Source of the DNA: Clostridiales bacterium
GTDB lineage: Bacteria; Bacillota; Clostridia; Christensenellales; CAG-314
DNA length: 64,000 nucleotides
Reading direction: 5' to 3'
Assembly (NCBI GenBank): GCA_022508325.1
Contig: JAFLVL010000001.1
Location: forward strand, 2,328 to 66,327
The position numbers and the translations under genes were made by a program. A model generated the notes under the pieces. It was not told where the DNA came from. It ran no database searches and was given only the letters and a program-made list of their open reading frames with translations. This document shows, piece after piece, positions 17,533 to 27,242 of this stretch. The stretch's first letter is position 1; the number at the start of each line of letters is the position of its first letter.

Positions 17533-18405
17533 TTGATTTTTATGTGGAACACAGTACTTGACGCATTAGTCGACAGCTTAATAGCCGCGCCGTTTCTGTT
17601 GGCAATCTATCTCTTAATTGAGTTTTTGGAACGCAACGAACGCGCAAAGCAAAAGACAGTCAAGCTCCTGAACGGTCGTCTTGCGCCATTGGTTGCAGGC
17701 GGCGTAGGGCTTGTTCCGCAATGCGGTTTTTCGGTGATGGCTACCGACCTGTACTGTCAGAACTATCTCAGAATGGGCACGCTGATTGCTTTTTTCGTGG
17801 CAACAAGCGACGAGGCTTTACCGATTCTATTGACCAATAAGAATACCGTTGGCGTCGTATGGATTGTGCTCCTAGTCAAGGTAGTGTACGCTGTCGCGCT
17901 CGGCTATCTCATCAATTTACTCGACCGCAGACACCTTGCAACGGACTACGAGCTGAAAGACGACGAGGGCTGTTGCCATCACGAAATCAGCGAGCACACG
18001 GACAGAAAGTTTTGGAACTTCGTTAAGCACCCGCTTTTGCACACACTCAAAATATTCGTCTATATCTTCGTTGTAAACGCAATTTTCGGGCTGATACTGT
18101 ATTTCGCCGAACAGCCGATTTTAGATTTCTGCGCGAGTATCGGTTTTGCGCAAAGCTTCATAACGTCTGCAATCGGACTGTTGCCCAACTGTGCTAGCAG
18201 CGTAATAATCTCCGGTATGTATGCCGACGGCATTATCACTCTGCCCGCAATGCTGGCAGGACTCGTCACCAATAGCGGCATAGCTTTGGCTATACTTTTC
18301 AAAGAGCGCAAGCAATGGAAGAGAAACCTGTTGATACTGGCAATAATGTATCTTGCAGGCGTCGTTTTGGGCGTATCAGCCTACTTTGTAATGACAGTAA
18401 TTTAA
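17533..18405 (+). CDS. polytopic permease, ArsP_2/putative metal-transporter-like
   Basis: 290-aa membrane ORF with QCGFS and PNCASS motifs that I associate with the ArsP_2 predicted-permease family. The start is uncertain (TTG 17533 or ATG 17542). Confidence 0.6.
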   Translation: MIFMWNTVLDALVDSLIAAPFLLAIYLLIEFLERNERAKQKTVKLLNGRLAPLVAGGVGLVPQCGFSVMATDLYCQNYLRMGTLIAFFVATSDEALPILLTNKNTVGVVWIVLLVKVVYAVALGYLINLLDRRHLATDYELKDDEGCCHHEISEHTDRKFWNFVKHPLLHTLKIFVYIFVVNAIFGLILYFAEQPILDFCASIGFAQSFITSAIGLLPNCASSVIISGMYADGIITLPAMLAGLVTNSGIALAILFKERKQWKRNLLILAIMYLAGVVLGVSAYFVMTVI

Positions 18406-18432
18406 AAGGACGCGTTAGCGTCCTTCTTTATT
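18406..18432. terminator. terminator between convergent genes
   Basis: AAGGACGC-GTTA-GCGTCCTT followed by CTTTATT. Confidence 0.7.
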
Positions 18433-18440
18433 ACATAATA

Positions 18441-19049
18441 TTACTCAAGCTTTACGCCAATCATTTCCTCAATTTCTTTAAGGCGTTTAATCAAGCGCAT
18501 TTTGTTGGTGAAAACGACGCCACCGTCTTTGCGCTTTATGATAAGTATCGTTGCGATTGCCGCGCATATTGCGAAAACAATGCAGTAGCATACCAAAAGT
18601 ACAATTCCTCCGACGTTGGTGAATTCGTATTTTCCACCTAGCAGACTCGACACAGGGACTGTAATTTTGAATGGGTTCTCAATTACGATAGCATTGCGTA
18701 TGTCGTCAAGCCAAATCACGTTTTGACGACGATTATTCTCGTCGTTGATAACCTTACCGTAGCCGTAATCTCCAAATTCTGTGTATACTTCTTTAGTGTT
18801 TTTGTCATAGGTTGTCAACTTGTATCTGCCATCGTCGAGCAGAACCAGTTTTATTGAACAATTGACGTCTCCCATTGAAGAATACATCTGTTTAACCTTT
18901 AAGGAATATGTGGTGTTGGTGCTAAAAGGTCTTGCCACCAGTCCGATTATCGCTCCAAGCAGTATCACGCCAATCAAAATCACGCAAATTGCCGCGATAA
19001 TGTACGAATTGTTCAGTTTGTTAAAAAATTCCTTGATTTTTTCTTTCAT
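18441..19049 (-). CDS. hypothetical two-TM membrane protein
   Basis: 202-aa ORF with N- and C-terminal hydrophobic helices. No family recognised. Confidence 0.6.
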   Translation of the reverse strand: MKEKIKEFFNKLNNSYIIAAICVILIGVILLGAIIGLVARPFSTNTTYSLKVKQMYSSMGDVNCSIKLVLLDDGRYKLTTYDKNTKEVYTEFGDYGYGKVINDENNRRQNVIWLDDIRNAIVIENPFKITVPVSSLLGGKYEFTNVGGIVLLVCYCIVFAICAAIATILIIKRKDGGVVFTNKMRLIKRLKEIEEMIGVKLE

Positions 19050-19083
19050 AGTATACGCCTCATATTACTGCATTTTATGTAAG

Positions 19084-19743
19084 TCATTGCGAGCACGCTT
19101 GCCCACAAAAGTCCAGTAGCGACAAATCCGCGCCAACGAAAGTGTCGATAATTTTGTCGGCTTTGTCGGTGAAGTGGGTTTGATAGCCAATACAATGCAT
19201 CTTGGCGTTTTTTGCTGCTAATATGCCGTTTATCGAGTCCTCGAATACCACGCAATCGCTAGGTTTGACGCCTAGTTTTTCGGCGGCAAGCAATAGCATA
19301 TCGGGGTTAGGCTTCAACGGTAAATTCGACTGTCCGTCGATAAACGCGTCAAACAGCTCAAAAATGCCAAAGTCTTTCGCAATCTTTTCGCTGGATTTGC
19401 TAGAAGATACCACCGCGCATTTCAGTCCGTGGGACTTGCAGAGCCTAACAAATTCAGTTGCGCCGGCGATTACGTCCTTTGAAGAAAGCTCGCTGAATAC
19501 CGTCGCGTACGTTTCATCGCGCAGACGCGAGCACTTGTCAAAGTCCTCTTGCGTCATCGTCTTGCCTGCCTTTTCAAATAGGTAAGAAATAATTTGTTTT
19601 CTTCCTGTACTTTTGAAGGGCGCGTACTCCTCGTATGTGAATTCTACGCCAACGAAATCGGCAACCATTTCAAAACTGCGGTGGTGGTATTTTTCACTGT
19701 CCACCAACACGCCGTCAAAGTCAAAAATACACGCTTTTACCAT
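19084..19743 (-). CDS. HAD-IA hydrolase (beta-phosphoglucomutase-like)
   Basis: DFDGVLVDSE motif I, plus S/T and K..GDS-like motifs. Confidence 0.85.
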   Translation of the reverse strand: MVKACIFDFDGVLVDSEKYHHRSFEMVADFVGVEFTYEEYAPFKSTGRKQIISYLFEKAGKTMTQEDFDKCSRLRDETYATVFSELSSKDVIAGATEFVRLCKSHGLKCAVVSSSKSSEKIAKDFGIFELFDAFIDGQSNLPLKPNPDMLLLAAEKLGVKPSDCVVFEDSINGILAAKNAKMHCIGYQTHFTDKADKIIDTFVGADLSLLDFCGQACSQ

Positions 19744-19881
19744 ACTGTTGCCCCTCCTGTTAAGTCTTTTCTAATGTCGCTCTTTGTGCATCTTTGTGTC
19801 CTTTCATTATACCAGTTATGCCCGCCTTGTCAACTGTTTGTCCGCCGCAGGCGAACGTTGCGCTGTAGCCGAGACTTTCTA

Positions 19882-19910
19882 TTGACATTAAATAAGAATT
19901 ATGTTATAAT
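19882..19910 (+). promoter_or_regulatory. consensus sigma-A promoter of the ABC-F leader
   Basis: TTGACA (19882-87), 17-nt spacer, TATAAT (19905-10). Confidence 0.75.
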
Positions 19911-19942
19911 TATCATATCTCCAACAAAAAGGCGGTGAAAAG

Positions 19943-20177
19943 ATGAGAAATATTTCTTGCAAATAATTGAATTTTGCAGATTTTCCCTTTAAGGGGAGTA
20001 GTCTGCCCTGTTGCAAGAAAGTTTTATCGTCTTTATCACGAATTTCAATGAGCATCGACAGTAAGTCAAGTGCATTTCTTTAATGTGGCATCTGTTGGAC
20101 GCTGTTTTCAGAAGAAGTCGCATTTATGCCGTATGCCCGCATTAGTCGCAAGAACTTTCTTGCGGCTATTATTTTTT
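19943..20177 (+). promoter_or_regulatory. transcription attenuator (uORF, anti-antiterminator, antiterminator, terminator)
   Basis: uORF MRNISCK at 19943-19966, preceded by GGCGGTGA. TTTCTTGCAA (19953-62) pairs with TTGCAAGAAA (20011-20). GCAAGAAAGTT (20013-23) pairs with AACTTTCTTGC (20153-63). The terminator is CGCAAGA/TCTTGCG (20147-64) plus a T-run to 20177. Confidence 0.7.
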
Positions 20178-20197
20178 GTTTAGGAGAGAATAAACGT

Positions 20198-21664
20198 ATG
20201 TCAATAATAAAAGTAGAGAATCTGACCTTTTCCCATCTAGGTAGCTACGACAACGTATTTGAAAACGTCAGTTTTACAATCGATACAGAATGGAAGTTGG
20301 GTTTCGTAGGCAGAAACGGCAGAGGCAAAACGACCTTTCTCAATTTACTGCTTGGCAAGTATCCGTATCAAGGCAAAATTATCAGCTCTGTGCAGTTCGA
20401 CTATTTTCCTTACGAGGTAAAGGACGAAGGTATGTTGACGCTAGAAGTGTTGGAGCAAATTTGCCCGACAGCGCAGGAGTGGCAGTTTTATAAGGAATTC
20501 AACAGTTTGGAGGTAGACGCAGCAGAGGTTTTGCACCGTCCGTTTGGAACACTGTCTAAGGGTGAGCAGACCAAGGCTCTACTCATTGCGCTGTTTTTGA
20601 ACGAGGGGCATTTCTTGCTGATAGACGAGCCAACCAATCATCTTGATTTGCAAGCCAGACAAGTGGTGTCGCGCTATTTGCAGAGCAAAAAGGGGTTTGT
20701 ACTCGTATCACACGATAGACAGTTTTTGGACGGCTGTGTCGATCACGTGCTGTCGCTCAATCGCGCAAACATAGAGGTGCAAAAGGGTAATTTTTCTTCA
20801 TTCATGACTAACTTTGAAAACCAGCAAAAATTCGAGCAAACACAGAACGCGCGTCTGCAAGGCGAAATTGAAAATTTGCGCCAAGCGGCAGTACGTACGG
20901 CAGGTTGGTCTGACAGAATAGAAAAGACTAAAAAAGGCGTATTCGACAGTGGATACGTAGGTCACAAGTCTGCCAAAATGATGAAACGCGCAAAAGCCAT
21001 CGAATACAGACAGGAGAAAGCAATAGAGCAAAAATCACAACTGCTCAAAAATACCGAAGTAGTTGAGTCTCTGAAAATTCATCCAATAAACTATTGGGCG
21101 GAAACGTTGGTCAGATTGGAAAACGTCGCCGTCAGCTTCGACGGCAAGGTAGTATGCAGAGATATTTCTTTTGATATTAAGCGCGGCGAACGAGTTGCGT
21201 TGAGTGGCAAAAACGGATGTGGAAAAAGTAGTATTATAAAGCTAATTTTGCAACTTTTCTCACCCCATGTCGGAAAAATTCATATTGGGAGCGGTTTAAA
21301 AATATCGTACGTGTCGCAAGATACGTCGTGGCTAAACGGCAAACTCAAAGACTTTGCAAGCGCAAACGGTATAGACGAAAGTCTGTTTTTGGCGATACTG
21401 CGCAAGCTGGATTTTTCGCGCGAGCAATTCGACAAAGACGTGAAGGACTTCTCGGCAGGGCAAAAGAAAAAGGTGCTCATTGCCAAAAGTCTTTGCGAAC
21501 AAGCGCACCTGTACATTTGGGACGAGCCGCTCAATTACATTGACGTCTATTCTCGAATGCAGATAGAACAGCTACTCTGTGAATTTAAGCCAACGATGCT
21601 GTTTGTTGAACACGACGGCGCTTTCCGCGACTTGATTGCAACGAAAGTAATCGAATTAAAGTAA
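20198..21664 (+). CDS. Lsa-family ABC-F ribosomal protection ATPase
   Basis: Two ABC domains (GRNGRGKTT, GKNGCGKSS) with an inter-domain linker. Collinear similarity to Lsa(A) as I recall it. Start placed at ATG 20198 (GGAGAG SD), because the track start 20126 would read through the terminator. Confidence 0.85.
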   Translation: MSIIKVENLTFSHLGSYDNVFENVSFTIDTEWKLGFVGRNGRGKTTFLNLLLGKYPYQGKIISSVQFDYFPYEVKDEGMLTLEVLEQICPTAQEWQFYKEFNSLEVDAAEVLHRPFGTLSKGEQTKALLIALFLNEGHFLLIDEPTNHLDLQARQVVSRYLQSKKGFVLVSHDRQFLDGCVDHVLSLNRANIEVQKGNFSSFMTNFENQQKFEQTQNARLQGEIENLRQAAVRTAGWSDRIEKTKKGVFDSGYVGHKSAKMMKRAKAIEYRQEKAIEQKSQLLKNTEVVESLKIHPINYWAETLVRLENVAVSFDGKVVCRDISFDIKRGERVALSGKNGCGKSSIIKLILQLFSPHVGKIHIGSGLKISYVSQDTSWLNGKLKDFASANGIDESLFLAILRKLDFSREQFDKDVKDFSAGQKKKVLIAKSLCEQAHLYIWDEPLNYIDVYSRMQIEQLLCEFKPTMLFVEHDGAFRDLIATKVIELK

Positions 21665-21671
21665 CAAAATT

Positions 21672-21705
21672 AAGGAGCGACCGAAACGTCGCTCCTTATT
21701 TCGAT
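21672..21705. terminator. bidirectional terminator (ABC-F / groEL convergent)
   Basis: Perfect 10-bp stem AAGGAGCGAC/GTCGCTCCTT with T-rich flanks on both strands. Confidence 0.75.
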
Positions 21706-21742
21706 TATGCGGTTGAACTGCTATAAATTCACTAATTATTTT

Positions 21743-23368
<1,626 letters not shown>

Positions 23369-23373
23369 TCACC

Positions 23374-23661
23374 TCACTCCTCTACTATTGCTAAAATGTC
23401 GCTTTGCTTGATGACGGTAACTTCTTCACCGTCAATTTTGAACGCGCTGCCCGCATACTTGCTGTACAGCACCTTGTCGCCTACGGATACGACCATTTTG
23501 ATTTCCTTTCCGTCCACGACGCCACCTTCGCCGACAGCGACGACTACTGCAATTTCCTGCTTTTCCTGCGCGGCAGTGGGAAGAAAGATTCCACCGACGG
23601 TCTGCTCCTTTTCTTTCGGTTGCTTGACTACAACCTTGTCAAAAAGCGGTTTAAGTTTCAT
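23374..23661 (-). CDS. groES: co-chaperonin GroES
   Basis: 95-aa ORF immediately upstream of groEL. Confidence 0.97.
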   Translation of the reverse strand: MKLKPLFDKVVVKQPKEKEQTVGGIFLPTAAQEKQEIAVVVAVGEGGVVDGKEIKMVVSVGDKVLYSKYAGSAFKIDGEEVTVIKQSDILAIVEE

Positions 23662-23697
23662 ATTTCACGCCTCCAAAAACTATTATTTCCAAATTTT

Positions 23698-23724
23698 TTA
23701 GCAGTCAAACCTTTCGACTGCTAA
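23698..23724 (-). promoter_or_regulatory. CIRCE operator (HrcA binding site)
   Basis: TTAGCAGTC-N9-GACTGCTAA, compared with consensus TTAGCACTC-N9-GAGTGCTAA. Located 4 nt downstream of the -10. Confidence 0.85.
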
Positions 23725-23728
23725 TTAC

Positions 23729-23756
23729 ATTATACTACGGATTTGGCAAAAGTCAA
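23729..23756 (-). promoter_or_regulatory. groESL promoter
   Basis: On the minus strand: TTGACT, 16-nt spacer, TATAAT. Confidence 0.7.
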
Positions 23757-23859
23757 GATAATTACTTGCTATTTTAGCAAATTTTTTGGCGAAATCTATT
23801 GGTTTTTTGCACGGAATATGTTAAAATATATATAAAATAGTATACAAGGAGAAAAAAAT

Positions 23860-24654
23860 ATGTCTTTTTTGGAAAAAGAACTGTTTAGTATGGGCGAATT
23901 CGCAGTACCTATGTACCTGATACTTTTGGCAGTTGCAGTACTGTTGATTTTAGTACTTATTATTGTTTGCGCATCACTTTCTGCCAAGTTGAAGAAGTCG
24001 AGAAAACAATCTAAAGCTGTTGCAGTTGCAGAAAACACGCCAGAGCGAACATCAACCGAACCGGCACCCGCAACGGTAGCGGAAGAACCGCAACCCGAAC
24101 CTCAGCCCGAGCCGCAACCCGAACCGGTGGAGGAGCCCATCGTTGAGGAGCCTGTAGAGGAACCTGTCGTTGAGGAAGAAGTTGAAGAGAAACCTGCAAA
24201 GAAGACTGCGACTACGAAGAAGTCCACAACGACAACAAGCAAGTCTACCTCTGCTAAATCTTCGACCGCTAAGTCCTCAACTACAAAGTCTACTACTGCA
24301 AAATCCTCGTCAAACAAGACTGAAAGCAAGCCCGCCGAGAAAAAATCTACGTCAACGGCGAAAACTTCTACGTCTTCAAATGCAAAATCCACATCTACAA
24401 AGTCGACAACTACCAAGGCAGCGGCAACCACAGCCAAGACAGAAGAGCCCGCAAAGGACGAGAGCAAGGTTTACCACATTTCCAAACACGACAGTGGCAA
24501 GTGGCAGGTTAAACTTGGCAAGGGCGCAAAAGCGTTGAAGCTGTTTGACACGCAGGCAGAAGCTATTGCATTTGCAAAAGAAAAGGCAAATAATCAAGAA
24601 GGTAGCATAGTAATCCACAAAGTTGACGGCAAAATCCGCAAGCAAAATTATTAG
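23860..24654 (+). CDS. membrane-anchored low-complexity protein with C-terminal DUF2188-like domain
   Basis: N-terminal TM helix, a (E/P/Q/V)-rich tract including EPQPEPQPEPQPEP, an S/T/K-rich tract, and the C-terminal domain YHISKHDSGKWQVKLGKGAKALKLFDTQAEAIAFAK. Confidence 0.7.
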   Translation: MSFLEKELFSMGEFAVPMYLILLAVAVLLILVLIIVCASLSAKLKKSRKQSKAVAVAENTPERTSTEPAPATVAEEPQPEPQPEPQPEPVEEPIVEEPVEEPVVEEEVEEKPAKKTATTKKSTTTTSKSTSAKSSTAKSSTTKSTTAKSSSNKTESKPAEKKSTSTAKTSTSSNAKSTSTKSTTTKAAATTAKTEEPAKDESKVYHISKHDSGKWQVKLGKGAKALKLFDTQAEAIAFAKEKANNQEGSIVIHKVDGKIRKQNY

Positions 24655-24662
24655 AATAAGCT

Positions 24663-25118
24663 ATGAACAAATGGGATAAAAGATTTATGGAGCTGACCGT
24701 GCAGGTCGCCACTTGGTCCAGCTGTTTCAAGGAAGATCGCCAAGTCGGCGCAGTAATCGTCAAAAATAAGCGAATACTGTCTACCGGCTATAACGGCGCG
24801 CCTGAAGGAGTGACAAGCTGTAAGGAAAAGGGCGTATGTATGCGTCTAACACAAGGTATACCTAGCGGCACACAGCTGGAAAAGTGCTATTCGGTTCACG
24901 CCGAACAGAACGCCATAGTGTCGGCGGCTCGTTTGGGCGTAAGTCTCGAAGGCGCGACTCTCTATTGCACTCATCAGCCCTGTGTAATTTGCGCGAAACT
25001 AATCGTCAACGCAGGCATCAAGCGAGTGGTGTATAAAGACGGTTATCCTGACCAGTTTGCCGTCGAAGTGCTCCACGAAGCCAACGTAGAGCTCGACCGC
25101 TATGACGACTTGACTTAG
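24663..25118 (+). CDS. comEB: dCMP deaminase
   Basis: Zinc motifs HAEQNA and PCVICA. 151 aa. Confidence 0.9.
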   Translation: MNKWDKRFMELTVQVATWSSCFKEDRQVGAVIVKNKRILSTGYNGAPEGVTSCKEKGVCMRLTQGIPSGTQLEKCYSVHAEQNAIVSAARLGVSLEGATLYCTHQPCVICAKLIVNAGIKRVVYKDGYPDQFAVEVLHEANVELDRYDDLT

Positions 25119-25143
25119 GCTTTCCTGAATTTTATTTTTCTGT

Positions 25144-25180
25144 AAAAAAGGACTTGTCAATATCGACAGGTCCTTTATAA
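25144..25180. terminator. bidirectional terminator (comEB / ddh convergent)
   Basis: A-run, AGGACTTGTC-loop-GACAGGTCCT (one G.U), then a T-rich tail. Confidence 0.65.
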
Positions 25181-25183
25181 TTG

Positions 25184-26077
25184 CTAAATTAACGCTTTGC
25201 TTGCCAAATATCTCAATGGTATATCGAATACGTCCAATGCGCCTCTGTATCCGTCGGCTTTCAACTGCGGCACGGCTTTGGCGTAGTGCAGCATAATTTT
25301 CGCGGTGTAATCTGCATTGCAGTCAAGATTTACTTCGGCGCGCGTCGAGAAGCCTTCTCCAAAAGTTACTACTTGCCCGCGGTGCTCCGTTTTTTGTTTT
25401 AGGCGGGCGATTTCCGACGGCTCACAGAATACAACCTGCGTATCGTAGCCCTCGAAGTAGTTTGGCATGTTCATAATTTCTGCTTTCAAACGTTTTTCGT
25501 CCGTTTTGTCGCAAGCAACGTAGCATAAGCGGTCGTGCAGTTTGCTCCCATCGACTGTTCCCGCGCGAATCAGTTCGATGGCGTTATCTTTGGGCTTGGT
25601 GAACTGTACCGCATCGATAACTCCGTCAAGTGTTCGAATGGCGTTGCTGTGTCCCTGTGAGACACCTTCGCCCCACAGCGTCGCGCAAGCGTCCGCCCCT
25701 ACGGAAAACACTCCGCGTATTAGGCTCAAAAGCCCGGGGTCCCAGCCTGTAGATATAATGGAAATTTTGTCAGACTTTTCGGCGTTTAAGCGCGCCTTAT
25801 ATTCTCCGATTTTAGCATGCGTGTCGAAGCTATCCACCGTGTCAAGATGCTTGAAAAATTCGGCATACTGCAAAATATCGCCGTAGCTACCGAGAGCCAG
25901 CAGTGCTACGTTGCAGTCGTCGTATTTGTCGACGTCTTCAAGCGGACGGCACTTCACGTGGTCGAGCGTCCGTCGCGAATAGATTGCCACAAGCTCTAAC
26001 TCGCTCTGTTTTGCTATTTCTTTTTCCAAACTTTTGCCTAGGTTGCCGTAACCGATAATTGATAGTTTCAAACTCAT
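25184..26077 (-). CDS. ddh: meso-diaminopimelate D-dehydrogenase
   Basis: N-terminus SIIGYGNLGK with overall Ddh-like sequence. Start placed at the internal ATG giving MSLKLSIIGYG. Confidence 0.8.
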   Translation of the reverse strand: MSLKLSIIGYGNLGKSLEKEIAKQSELELVAIYSRRTLDHVKCRPLEDVDKYDDCNVALLALGSYGDILQYAEFFKHLDTVDSFDTHAKIGEYKARLNAEKSDKISIISTGWDPGLLSLIRGVFSVGADACATLWGEGVSQGHSNAIRTLDGVIDAVQFTKPKDNAIELIRAGTVDGSKLHDRLCYVACDKTDEKRLKAEIMNMPNYFEGYDTQVVFCEPSEIARLKQKTEHRGQVVTFGEGFSTRAEVNLDCNADYTAKIMLHYAKAVPQLKADGYRGALDVFDIPLRYLASKALI

Positions 26078-26274
26078 TTTTATACCCCATACATGCATTC
26101 TATGCACACATAGAACAAAAAATTATCACTAAGCCGTTGTTCGTTGCCAATCCTTTCGTAACGGCTTGTAAACTTTTTGAAAATTTCACAAAAAAATTGT
26201 TGCATACGCTTTATTTTTTTTTCAAGATATAGTATTATAAACATAGTATATTTACATGACGCAGGAGACGTAAG

Positions 26275-27114
26275 ATGCTGGATTTTATTAAGCATTTAAT
26301 TGAGGCAGACGTAGGGACGCTTGTCGCGCGCGCTGTTCTGGTTGTATTATTTGCAACACTCTATTTTTTGCTGTTTGTTTTTGCCAAGAAACGCAATTTA
26401 CTACCGTACACGTATATGGTCGTGTGCGTTATCGTCGCGCTGTTTGCGCTGTCATTTTTCGTTCAGGCTTCCGAGCTGGCGTTCTACGTCTATTTCGCAT
26501 TGATAATCCTCGTCGTTTTGGCGTTGATACTTTTCAGTCAGGACATCAACCGCAGTCTGTTCCGTCTGTCTATCAGTCGTTCTCTTTTTAAGGAAAATGC
26601 GACTGCGCATTATGGCACGGAGGAGCTGAAACACTCGGTGGATGAGATTGTAAAAGCCTGCCTGCGTCTCAGCAAAACGGATACAGGCGCGCTGATAATC
26701 ATTGCCGACCACCTGTCCGACACCATACTCGACAGCGGTATCAAGGTCAACGCAGAAATCACGGCAGAATTACTAGAGACTCTTTTCTTCCCCAAGACGG
26801 CTTTGCACGACGGCGCCGTGGTTATCAGCGCCAACAAAGTGGTGGCGGCAGGTTGCTATCTGCCCCTGACACAGGCGACCAACCTACCGCGTGAATTCGG
26901 CACTCGTCACCGCGCGGCAATCGGTGTGGCGACGGCATTTCCGGACCTTACGGCAATAGTCGTCAGCGAAGAGACAGGTATCATTTCCGCAATGCACGAC
27001 ACCAAGATCAAGCGCTATCTCGGCGCTCAACAATTACAAGAAATTCTAATGTGCGCGATGGGGCTCTCGGACGACAGCGCCGAAGATACTATTTGGGGAG
27101 GACAAGGCAAATGA
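26275..27114 (+). CDS. cdaA: diadenylate cyclase CdaA
   Basis: Three N-terminal TM helices plus a DAC domain (ALHDGAVVI, GTRHRAAIG). Confidence 0.9.
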   Translation: MLDFIKHLIEADVGTLVARAVLVVLFATLYFLLFVFAKKRNLLPYTYMVVCVIVALFALSFFVQASELAFYVYFALIILVVLALILFSQDINRSLFRLSISRSLFKENATAHYGTEELKHSVDEIVKACLRLSKTDTGALIIIADHLSDTILDSGIKVNAEITAELLETLFFPKTALHDGAVVISANKVVAAGCYLPLTQATNLPREFGTRHRAAIGVATAFPDLTAIVVSEETGIISAMHDTKIKRYLGAQQLQEILMCAMGLSDDSAEDTIWGGQGK

Positions 27115-27239
27115 AAAAGAAGAATACAATGACCTTTGGGCAAAGACTCTCCTACTTTTTCAGGCATTATTTTCTTTTGCTGTTGTTGGCGCTCGGTTGC
27201 TCGATTCTGACAGTGTTGCTTATTGCGTTCTGCGCATAA
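27111..27239 (+). CDS. 42-aa single-TM ORF in the cdaR position (possible remnant)
   Basis: ATGA overlap with the cdaA stop. Basic N-terminus followed by one TM helix. It ends 3 nt before repeat DR1. Confidence 0.35.
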   Translation: MKKKNTMTFGQRLSYFFRHYFLLLLLALGCSILTVLLIAFCA

Positions 27240-27242
27240 TTC

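Noticed and set aside
19985-20010. yybP-ykoY (Mn2+) riboswitch, suggested by AAGGGGAGTAG at 19990 and GGGGAGTAGC at 27368.
   Set aside because: The matching 3' half (TTGACA.A ... AGCAAGACC pairing back to the 5' strand) is not present. At 27368 the motif is simply one arm and loop of a perfect 8-bp hairpin. The 19990 copy sits inside the ABC-F attenuator leader.
20048-20083. An alternative 11-codon leader ORF (MSIDSKSSAFL) in the ABC-F leader.
   Set aside because: There is no SD upstream and it does not overlap any of the alternative pairing segments. The 19943 uORF explains the structure better. It is not excluded experimentally.
20126-20197. The track start of the ABC-F ORF at 20126 (N-terminal MPYARISRKNFLAAIIFCLGENKR).
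   Set aside because: This extension is translated from the terminator/T-run of the attenuator and has no SD. ATG 20198 has a GGAGAG SD and aligns with the N-terminus of Lsa-type proteins.
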